Under the pieces are notes generated by a model. It had not been told where the DNA came from, did no database searches, and saw nothing but the letters and a program-made list of their open reading frames with translations. Positions 56,302 through 64,000 of a DNA stretch of 64,000 nt are shown here, piece by piece. The stretch spans positions 300,297-364,296 of the forward strand of contig CANMWZ010000001.1 in NCBI GenBank assembly GCA_947501605.1, given 5' to 3'. The position numbers and the translations under genes are program-made. Numbering within the stretch: position 1 is the stretch's first letter; every line of letters begins with the position of its first letter. The stretch is from Planctomycetota bacterium. GTDB taxonomy: Bacteria > Planctomycetota > UBA1135 > UBA2386.

Positions 56302-58770
56302 TCAGCGTTGGCTGGCGCCGGCATCGATCCAACTGCGCACGACCTCGAGCCCGCGAGCATCGAGCGGCGGGAGCAGAAGCGGCATCTGTGCGCCATAGGC
56401 CGGCAGGCGGTCAGCAAGCTTGCGATAGAAGGCCGAGGCCGCCGCGTTGCCTGGCACGAGTAACGGCGAGGGCAGTCGGCTGTCGCCCGGCCTGACCAGA
56501 GCCGCGAGCGTGTCGCAGCGGTAGTTGCCTTGAGCATTGCCACCGAAGTGGCAGGCGCCGCACTTCTGCAGCAACAAGGGTCGCACCTGCCGCGACCAAC
56601 TGATCGCAGCATCGGCGGGCGGGGCGTCACTGGCGTCCCCCGTGACGATCGCACCTACAAGTACAGGCAAGCGGCCGAACTCGCCGCCAGCTGCCAGCGG
56701 TTCGAAGATGCCGTCACCGTTGGTGTCGGGCAGTCCGTCGCCGGCAGGTTCATTGTTGGTCGACCACGCGGCATGGATCAGCGCCGGTCGCAACAGCAGT
56801 AGCCACCGATCGCGATTGGGCGCCGCATTGGCCACACCCGCCGCGATCGCGGTTCGCAGCGCCGCGAGCACTTCGGCGATATCGCTCGGCGCGTAGCGCG
56901 CCAGGGAGTGCTGCGGATCGGTGCGGAAGGAACCGGTCTCGACATCGAGGAAGTCGGTCAGCATGGCCGAGGCCGCCCGCAGTCCGGCCTCGCGAACAGC
57001 GAGATCGCCGGTGACACGCGCGGCGTCGAGCAAACCCGCCGTCAGGGCGGCATGGTCGGCGAGCCCGGCCAGGCCGAAAGCGCCCGGCGTGTGCGTGACG
57101 GCATCCACGACGCGGCCCTCGGCCGTGACCATCTGCGCCCGCGCAAACGACGACGCGGCGACCAGCACGTCGAAGGCGCGCAGCCCGTCGTACTCCAGGT
57201 CCGGCAGCGCGTTGACTACCAGTGCGAGCGCCTGCAGTGCACGCCCGGTGGTCGCTGCCGTAGCCACGCTCGAGCGGCTGTCCCCTTCGTGGCGGTGATG
57301 TAGCGCACCGCTGCTGCGCTCGAAGTGCATCGACACGAGATTCTGGAACGCGATCGTCGCGAGCCGCAATCCAGGCGGCGGTGGACCGGGCACGACCGGC
57401 GAATCGAGCAGCGCGCCTTGGTCGATCCAATCGGCGACCTGCGCGACTTCGGTCGCGGGCATCGGTGCGCCCGGCGGCATCCGCAAGAACGGGAACGGCG
57501 GCCCGATCAGGGTTGTCCACAGCAGGCTCGCGGTGTGATTGCCGGGCACGACCATGGGCAATCCCAGCGCGCGCGACCGATTGCCACCCGCGAGCAACAG
57601 AGGCAACGTGTCGACGCGGAAGCCGCCGGTGCCGAAGAACAGGTGGCAGTTACCGCAACGGAACTGCATCAGATCGCGGATGCCGCCATTCCAACTCGGC
57701 ACGGGCGGCGGCGGCGGCCCCGCAGGCAAGGTTGGAAAGACGTCGCGGAACACCGCGCGCAGCACCGGCGACGGCTGCTCGTCGCTGGCGATCCACGCCA
57801 GCTCGGCGGCCGCTGCCATCGTCATCGCGAGGCCACCAAGATCGCTGGCAACGTCGCGCACGCGATAGCCGGCGACGATGCCGGCGTCCTCGATGACTTC
57901 CAACTCGGCGGGCCACCAACGCAACCCCGCTTGCGGGTCGTAGCTGCCCGGGTCGTCGAAGGCGCCGAGCGGCCCGCCGGCGGTCGACATCGCGCGCAGC
58001 AGTTCCTCTTCGCATGCGAGCAGTTGCTCGACGAGCAGCAGGCCTAGCAGCCCCTCCTCCGCGCTGCCGCCAAAAGCGGCATTGCGACTGCGGCTCAGCA
58101 GAGCGCGCGCGGCCTGCACGCGGCCCGCCATCGACGCCGCCACGTCCTCCAGCTTCACGATCCGCGTGCCAGAGCTGCGCGTGCGCCACAGCTCGAGGTC
58201 GCGCTCCAAGCCGGCGCTGGAGCGCACCGCAAGGTCGGCACTGCCATCGCGCCAAGGCAGCATCGGCAGCCGGAGCCCGGCCGGAGGCACCGCGCCGGCA
58301 AAGCCTGCCACGCGGGCGATCTCCGCCGTCAAGGTCTCGTCGAGGTTGCGGCCATCGCCGTTGCCGTCGGCAGGAGCACCGCTGGCTAGGCTGAGCCGTC
58401 GAATCCGTTGTGCACCCAGCAGGTCAGGCCCAGCCCCCATGCCGAGGCCGACCGAACGCAAATGGTCGAGTGCGATCGCCGCGGCCGATTTCGACAGCGA
58501 GAGTTCGCGGATACTGCCGTCGCCGCGCAACGGCAAGGCGTCCGTACGGCCGCTGGTCAGCAGGAGTTCTGCGGCGAGACGATCCGCATCGCCACGCGTA
58601 CGCGACGACTCCGCTCGCGCTGCCGTCGAGGACGGAACGAGGGGCGCTGGCGCAACGGCACTACCACCACCGCATGACGCGAGGAAGAGCAGAACCAACG
58701 ACAGGGCCGGGACGGGTCGTGGGGCTAGGTGCACGGAAGGGATGCGAGGGGCCGAGGAGGCTCTGAGCAT
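56302..58770 (-). CDS. Lipoprotein with two planctomycete-type cytochrome c domains and a helical YyaL-like segment
   Basis: Lipobox FLASC-GGG. SWNGGIRDLMQFRCGNCH...RMPP...WIDQGA and SWSRQVRPLLLQKCGACH...QMP...WIDAGA. LADHAALTAGLLDAARVTGD...FLDVETGSF lies between them. Confidence 0.82.
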   Translation of the reverse strand: MLRASSAPRIPSVHLAPRPVPALSLVLLFLASCGGGSAVAPAPLVPSSTAARAESSRTRGDADRLAAELLLTSGRTDALPLRGDGSIRELSLSKSAAAIALDHLRSVGLGMGAGPDLLGAQRIRRLSLASGAPADGNGDGRNLDETLTAEIARVAGFAGAVPPAGLRLPMLPWRDGSADLAVRSSAGLERDLELWRTRSSGTRIVKLEDVAASMAGRVQAARALLSRSRNAAFGGSAEEGLLGLLLVEQLLACEEELLRAMSTAGGPLGAFDDPGSYDPQAGLRWWPAELEVIEDAGIVAGYRVRDVASDLGGLAMTMAAAAELAWIASDEQPSPVLRAVFRDVFPTLPAGPPPPPVPSWNGGIRDLMQFRCGNCHLFFGTGGFRVDTLPLLLAGGNRSRALGLPMVVPGNHTASLLWTTLIGPPFPFLRMPPGAPMPATEVAQVADWIDQGALLDSPVVPGPPPPGLRLATIAFQNLVSMHFERSSGALHHRHEGDSRSSVATAATTGRALQALALVVNALPDLEYDGLRAFDVLVAASSFARAQMVTAEGRVVDAVTHTPGAFGLAGLADHAALTAGLLDAARVTGDLAVREAGLRAASAMLTDFLDVETGSFRTDPQHSLARYAPSDIAEVLAALRTAIAAGVANAAPNRDRWLLLLRPALIHAAWSTNNEPAGDGLPDTNGDGIFEPLAAGGEFGRLPVLVGAIVTGDASDAPPADAAISWSRQVRPLLLQKCGACHFGGNAQGNYRCDTLAALVRPGDSRLPSPLLVPGNAAASAFYRKLADRLPAYGAQMPLLLPPLDARGLEVVRSWIDAGASQR

Positions 58771-58848
58771 ACTCAATCACGCCACCCTCGGGGCCAACAC
58801 CCGACCAGCGACCCGAAGAGGGCAGCGCCGGTCAGCGGCACGAGCGCT

Positions 58849-59319
58849 TCACTTGGCCGTTGGCTTCCTGAGCGCAACACCCGAAGCCATGAACGTCACT
58901 TCGCGCACGGGCTTGGTGATCTTCAGCGCTTCGTCGTGCTTGCCCGCGTCTTCGAGATAGTGGCGAGCTTCGGCCACCGGGATCTCCTTTACCGCAATCT
59001 GACCCTCGAGAATCGCGTCGCGACCGTCGGCATCGAGCGGCACGAAGAACGCGTAGTCCTTGAACTTGACGAACACGTTCGGCTCGCCGCCGATCCGCAT
59101 CCAGCAGCCCTTCACTTTGCACACCGACTGGATCGGGCCCGAGAAGCGGATGTCGCGGCCGGCATAGTTCTCTGGTGCCGCAAGGACGTCGGCAACCGGC
59201 ACTGCGCCGTCGAGCTGAATCGGCGCCCCATAGACGTCGAAGTCGGCGCGGTTGGTCGCGGGAGTGCTCTGGCAAGCCGCCGCGAGCAGGAGGGACAAAG
59301 CGAAAGCGAGCTGCTTCAT
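58849..59319 (-). CDS. DUF4920-like lipoprotein
   Basis: MKQLAFALSLLLAAAC lipobox, VCKVKGCWM, VKFKDYAFFVP, ARHYLEDAGK. Confidence 0.88.
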   Translation of the reverse strand: MKQLAFALSLLLAAACQSTPATNRADFDVYGAPIQLDGAVPVADVLAAPENYAGRDIRFSGPIQSVCKVKGCWMRIGGEPNVFVKFKDYAFFVPLDADGRDAILEGQIAVKEIPVAEARHYLEDAGKHDEALKITKPVREVTFMASGVALRKPTAK

Positions 59320-59519
59320 GGCGCCGAGCATAGGCCTCGCCCGATCGGTTTCACGACCCCGGCTCCGATCCAACCCACCCCGAGCATCCCGTTCGCGGGA
59401 TGTCGATCGTCCGCAAGACGACGGCACCGCCCACCGGCCAAGCTCGCACCATCGCTGGCTGCTGCCGCACCAAACCAGTATCGGCACGATCATCTCGGCA
59501 CCGTGCGCCGGGCGCGAAC

Positions 59520-61016
59520 TCAGTCCGGGTCGGCGAAGGCGCGGACGCTGCGCACTGCCCGATCCCAGCCAACGCGCAAGGCGGCGACGGCGGCGCTCGC
59601 GGCGCGAGGCTTGGCGCGGTGACCGTGTTGCCACGTGGCGGCGAGTTGCGCGCGATCGAAGAAGCCGGTCGCAAGGCCGGCAAGCATGGCAACACCGCGC
59701 GCCGTCGACTCGATGTCGGCTGGTCGGACGACGTCGCGGCCGAGTAGATCTGCTTGGATCTGCAGCAGTAGGTCGCTGCGCGCAGCGCCACCGTCGACGC
59801 GCAGCTCGCGCACCGCAAGACCGCTGTCGCGTTCCATGCAGGCGACGAGATCGGCGACCTGGAGGGCGATGCCCTCGAGCGCAGCACGGCACACGTGCGC
59901 CCGGGAACTGCCGCGCGTCAGTCCCAGCACAGCCCCGCGCGCCTGCGGGTCCCAGTGAGGTGCACCAAGTCCAGCGAAGGCGGGAACGACGTAGACACCG
60001 CCGCTGTCGGGCACACTCGCCGCCAACTCGTCGCACTCGCGTGCAGTCTGGATGACCTTCAGTTCCTCGCGCAGCCATTGCACGACCGCACCGCCAGTGA
60101 ACACGCCGCCTTCAAGCGCGTACTCGGGCCGTCCGTCAAGACGCCACGCGATCGTGGTCAGCAGCCGATTCTGCGACGCAACCGGCGCGGTCCCGGTGTG
60201 CAACAGCAAGAAGCACCCGGTGCCATAGGTGTTCTTGGCCAGCCCAGGCTCGTGGCACAGTTGGCTGAACAGTGCCGCTTGCTGATCGCCAGCAACGCCC
60301 GCGATCAGGGCCCCTGCCGCCGGCAAGCCGTCGGCGATGCGCGCAAATGCGCCGCTGCTGTCGCGCACTTCTGGCAACAACGACCGCGGCACGGCGAACA
60401 GTCGGAGCAACTCGTCATCCCACTCGCATCGATGGATGTCGAACAGCATGGTACGCGACGCGTTGCTGGCATCGGTTGCGTGGAGCGCGCCCTTGGTCAG
60501 TTGGAACATCAACCAACTGTCGATGGTGCCGGCGCACAGTTCGCCGCGTTTGGCAGCTCCGCGAGCGCCGTCGACATGATCGAGCAACCACCGAATCTTG
60601 GTTGCGGAGAAGTATGGATCCAGCACGAGCCCGGTCCGTTGCGCAATGCGCTCCTGGTGGCCCTCGGCACGCAACTGTGCACACATCGCCGCCGTGCGGC
60701 GGTCCTGCCACACGATTGCGTTGGCGATCGGCGCGCCGCTCTTTCGATCCCACACGACGACCGTTTCACGCTGGTTGGTGATGCCGACAGCGGCGATCTG
60801 ATCGCTCTGCACGCGCGCCTGCGTCAGCACGCGTTCCACCACAGCGAGCTGCGACGAGAGGATCGCGTTGGCGTCATGCTCGACCAACCCAGGCTGCGGG
60901 TAGATCTGCGCAAACTCCTGCTGCGCCATGAAGGCGGCCCGGCAACTTCGGTCGTAGAGGACGGCGCGCGAACTGGTCGTGCCTTGATCCAAAGCGAGGA
61001 CGAACTGCGATGCCAT
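59520..61016 (-). CDS. glpK: Glycerol kinase
   Basis: LALDQGTTSSR, GITNQRET, AIVWQDRRT, DPYFSATK, TDASNASRTM, GDQQAALF, KNTYGTGCF, PAFAGLGAPHW. Confidence 0.97.
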   Translation of the reverse strand: MASQFVLALDQGTTSSRAVLYDRSCRAAFMAQQEFAQIYPQPGLVEHDANAILSSQLAVVERVLTQARVQSDQIAAVGITNQRETVVVWDRKSGAPIANAIVWQDRRTAAMCAQLRAEGHQERIAQRTGLVLDPYFSATKIRWLLDHVDGARGAAKRGELCAGTIDSWLMFQLTKGALHATDASNASRTMLFDIHRCEWDDELLRLFAVPRSLLPEVRDSSGAFARIADGLPAAGALIAGVAGDQQAALFSQLCHEPGLAKNTYGTGCFLLLHTGTAPVASQNRLLTTIAWRLDGRPEYALEGGVFTGGAVVQWLREELKVIQTARECDELAASVPDSGGVYVVPAFAGLGAPHWDPQARGAVLGLTRGSSRAHVCRAALEGIALQVADLVACMERDSGLAVRELRVDGGAARSDLLLQIQADLLGRDVVRPADIESTARGVAMLAGLATGFFDRAQLAATWQHGHRAKPRAASAAVAALRVGWDRAVRSVRAFADPD

Positions 61017-61206
61017 CGCGCCCATTGTGACCGCAGTCCTCGCGCCGGCCGCTGCGAATTGTAGACCGCGACGGAAAACGGCAGCGCCGAGAACCGCCGG
61101 TGCCAACGCGCCGTCGCGACGACGCCGCGGGCGAGGAATCGATGGAGCGACGATCGTCGCCAAGGTCGGAGCCAGCCGCCGCCCCGCGCGTGCCGAAGAA
61201 CCGCTG

Positions 61207-62520
61207 GTGAACCGATACCGCGTCGTCGTAGCGGGCGACCAGATGAGCGCCGAAGTCCACGTCGTCGCCGGGCCGCCCGGCGACGCGGCGGCGCTCCGCG
61301 GCGTGCTACAGGCAGCCAGCGTGGTGCATGGCCTGGACCACGCGGCGCTGGCCGCATTGGCCGCGGAGCTCGGCAGCGAGACCTTTGCCGGTAGTGCGGT
61401 CGTGGCCAGGGGTCAGCCGCCAGTTATCGGTGAGCCTGGCCGCGTCGACTTCGCCTTCGGGGAGCACCTTCAACCCGGTCATCGCCGCGATGGCGATGGC
61501 GTCGATTTCCACGAACGCGGTTTCCTTCACCCGGCCGCAGCGGGCGCCGAGATCGCGCGCGTGCACCCGCCCATCCAAGGCGTGCCCGGCACGACGGTCT
61601 TGGGTCGGCCGCTGGCGGTCGCGCCCGTGCGGCCGGCGGCTCTGCGGCTTGGTCCCGGCGTCGCGATCGACAGCAACGGGCTCGTCCACGCTGCGCGCGA
61701 CGGCGTCGTCACCTTGGCGGGAGGCGGCATCGATGTCGTGCCGCTGTTCATCCACAAGGGCAACGTCGACCTGCGCACGGGCAACTTACACACGCACGGG
61801 TCCGTGCAGGTCACCGGGGATCTCGGCGAGGGCTTTCAAGTCGAAGCGGACGGCGACGTCGAAGTGCAAGGTTGCACCTACGGCGGTTCGATCGTGGCCG
61901 GAGGAACGGTCAAGATCGGGCTCGGCATCCAAGCGGGCAGCCGCATCGAGGCCGGCGGCGAGATCCGCTGCCGCCACGCAACGTCGTCGAAGCTGTCGGC
62001 AAACAGCACGGTCATCGCCCTCGACGAACTCGTGAACTGTGAGGCCGCCGCCGGCGAGATCCACTTGCTGCAAGGCCGCGGCCACGTACTGGGCGGCTCC
62101 CTGCGCGCACGAACGCGCATTGCCGTGCTGCAGGCCGGCTCCGACGCTGGCGTGCCGACCCTGCTCGCTGCTGGGGACCTGACTAGCGAGAGCGCCGAAC
62201 TGCAGCGACGCGACCAGCAGCGCGACCGAGCCGAACGCAACGCCAAGAAGGCACTGCCAAGGGCATTCGGTCCCGCACGCGGCGGCAAGCTAGGCCGCAG
62301 CCAGATGGCGGCAGTCGACGCGGCTCTCACCGAGAAACTCGCTCTCGCAGCACGCCAGCGAGAGTTCCTGGCCACGGCGACCATCGAGATCCGCGGCGCG
62401 GCACGAGCCGGCGTTCGCATTCGCTTCGGCACCGCCGAGCGCAAGCTCGAAACCACCACGACCGGCGTCCGCTTTCGCTGGGATGCGAGCACTGGCCAGA
62501 TCACCGAAGAACCGACATGA
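61207..62520 (+). CDS. FapA / DUF342-family protein
   Basis: ARGQPPVIGEPG, VDFHERG, GNVDLRTGNLHTHGSVQVTGDLGEGFQVEADGDVEVQG beta-helical repeats. Start uncertain (GTG at 61207). Confidence 0.85.
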   Translation: MNRYRVVVAGDQMSAEVHVVAGPPGDAAALRGVLQAASVVHGLDHAALAALAAELGSETFAGSAVVARGQPPVIGEPGRVDFAFGEHLQPGHRRDGDGVDFHERGFLHPAAAGAEIARVHPPIQGVPGTTVLGRPLAVAPVRPAALRLGPGVAIDSNGLVHAARDGVVTLAGGGIDVVPLFIHKGNVDLRTGNLHTHGSVQVTGDLGEGFQVEADGDVEVQGCTYGGSIVAGGTVKIGLGIQAGSRIEAGGEIRCRHATSSKLSANSTVIALDELVNCEAAAGEIHLLQGRGHVLGGSLRARTRIAVLQAGSDAGVPTLLAAGDLTSESAELQRRDQQRDRAERNAKKALPRAFGPARGGKLGRSQMAAVDAALTEKLALAARQREFLATATIEIRGAARAGVRIRFGTAERKLETTTTGVRFRWDASTGQITEEPT

Positions 62521-62921
62521 CTACCGACCTCCGCACCGTGCGCGCCGAAACCGTTATGGCGCGCGAGATCGTCTGGGCCGAGCCACACGAGACTGTCCGG
62601 ACCGCCGCCGAGCGAATGCAGACGCAGCACGTGCGGGCGTTGCTGGTGCGCGGTGACACCGAACACGACCTACCTGGCATCCTGACCAGCAAGGACATCG
62701 TCAACCTGTTGGGCAGCCAAGATGCTTCGGTCCTCGACCGAGCCACAGTAGGCGACGTGATGACGCGGCCTTCGATCTGCGTGCCAAAGGACGTCAACCT
62801 CATCGACTGCATCAATCTGATGCGCATGAGCGGCGTACGACGCATGCCGGTAGTCGACGGCTTGAAGGTCATTGGCATCCTCAGCAGCAGTGATGTGTTT
62901 GCGCGAGCGCTCCTAGGCTGA
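62517..62921 (+). CDS. CBS-domain protein
   Basis: ATGA overlap. Two CBS repeats (GILTSKDI, VGDVMT, RRMPVV, IGILSSSDV). Confidence 0.92.
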   Translation: MTTDLRTVRAETVMAREIVWAEPHETVRTAAERMQTQHVRALLVRGDTEHDLPGILTSKDIVNLLGSQDASVLDRATVGDVMTRPSICVPKDVNLIDCINLMRMSGVRRMPVVDGLKVIGILSSSDVFARALLG

Positions 62922-62929
62922 GCGGTTGG

Positions 62930-62984
62930 TAGGAGTCGTTTCTCAATGAGCCTGCGAGCGAGGCCGGCCGCAGCCGCTGGCGCA
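62930..62984. repeat. Internally deleted relic of the 9410-9572 MITE-like family
   Basis: TAGGAGTCGTTTCTCAATGAGCCTGCGAGCGAGGCCG joined directly to GCCGCAGCCGCTGG; both blocks match 9430-9446 and 9538-9551. Confidence 0.6.
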
Positions 62985-63242
62985 TCAGGAACCCAGTTCG
63001 AAAACACGCAGAGTTTTTTGTGGCGTCGGTGCCAGCGAACGTATCGCCGCACCGCATGCACGCATTTCGGGTGAAGGCCGCGATGTCATTGGCTGCCCGA
63101 GACGCGAGGCCACCACTGCTGCGGCCTGCAAGTCGTCACCGATACGCCGCTGCAGAACGGTGACGCAGGCACAGGGTCTGGTCGAGATTGTTCCAATGAG
63201 CGACAATGCATGGCTCAGAGACTCTCACTCGGCTCCGACTCC

Positions 63243-64000
63243 ATGCTCACCCCACGTTGCGTCTTATTGACGGCGTTGAGCTGCCAGGCATTGCTTGCTC
63301 AGGGTTATCCACAATCCCTGCCGCAGGTCACACCATTTGCCGGCGACCCACGCCTCGAACCCATTCCCACCTCGCCGATCCACATTGGCGACTTCACGGT
63401 CTTCGGCGAAGGGCGCCAGCTCAAGCTGCGCTTCCCCCCTCGCGTAAACGGCCAGAACCAGTCCGACGGCGACGGTCACGCGGACTTGTATGTCTTCGTC
63501 GATCAGTACAGCGGCCAGCCCATCCAAGGGCAATTGCCGGTAGCGGAGGTCGTGCCAAAGGGCGCTGCACCCAACGTGACCGATCTCGTGGCGCGCAACT
63601 ACAGCGCGGTCTGGGAGGTCGCCATCGTCGTCATGGGACCGAACTACAACGCCAACGACCCGATGGTGCGCATCGACTCAGCTGCAAAGCTGCTGGGGCA
63701 CCCGGACATCGTCACGATGTACGAGACCAACGTGCACCTGAACTGCCCGGTGGTCCCAATGGGCTCGACTACCGACCCGGGCTCGCCCGCGCAGGAGCAC
63801 GCGTGGTTCGACGGCACAGTCGTCAGCTTGGCGCCGTACGAGATCGAAGATGGCATCTCGCACCCGCAGGTCATGTTCAAGTTCGAGGACCCGCAAGGCC
63901 ACACGCTGCCTAGCGAGACGGCGCCGCATCTGGTGATGTCGCGCATCCCCGGCATGCCGTTCTATTCGTCGTTCTGGGAGGTCTGGACCGTCGTCGTGCC
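63243..64000 (+). CDS. Secreted hypothetical protein with repeated YSxxWEV / NCPV modules (3' end runs off the window)
   Basis: Not in the ORF track; translated by hand. MLTPRCVLLTALSCQALLA-QGYP...NYSAVWEVAIV...LNCPVV...FYSSFWEVWTVVV, open to the window end. Confidence 0.8.
   Translation, partial: MLTPRCVLLTALSCQALLAQGYPQSLPQVTPFAGDPRLEPIPTSPIHIGDFTVFGEGRQLKLRFPPRVNGQNQSDGDGHADLYVFVDQYSGQPIQGQLPVAEVVPKGAAPNVTDLVARNYSAVWEVAIVVMGPNYNANDPMVRIDSAAKLLGHPDIVTMYETNVHLNCPVVPMGSTTDPGSPAQEHAWFDGTVVSLAPYEIEDGISHPQVMFKFEDPQGHTLPSETAPHLVMSRIPGMPFYSSFWEVWTVVV

Noticed and set aside
1..64000. CRISPR arrays, tRNA/rRNA genes, transposases, prophage or defence genes
   Set aside because: No regularly spaced repeats, cloverleaf or rRNA signatures, or recognisable protein motifs were seen by eye.

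Overview
High-GC bacterial chromosomal window, probably from a Planctomycetota-like organism (inferred from the planctomycete-type cytochrome c domains, the secreted-protein families and the ECF/anti-sigma pair). Most of it is housekeeping or envelope genes: an arginine operon (argR-C-B-D-F-G-H-A with tandem ARG boxes, plus a detached argJ), the glyoxylate shunt (aceB, aceA), glpK, psd, trmO, LarE, an Lhr helicase, two M28 peptidases, TPR proteins and an MFS transporter. Five signals stand out. (1) A secreted TlpA-like selenoprotein is split by the ORF caller at an in-frame UGA (W-U-G-P-C) that is followed by a SECIS-like hairpin. (2) A roughly 570-nt non-coding stretch (48622-49200, minus strand) is densely base-paired and has its own extended -10 promoter and U-tailed end, making it a candidate novel large structured RNA. 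(3) A three-gene porin-cytochrome operon encodes an 18-heme, N-terminally extended MtrA/DmsE-like protein, a triheme-fused beta-barrel and a diheme lipoprotein. (4) A family of short hairpin MITE-like repeats supplies stop codons to host genes. (5) There is a tandem trio of paralogous secreted proteins. No rRNA, tRNA, CRISPR array or transposase was recognised. All calls come from reading the sequence; no database searches were run.
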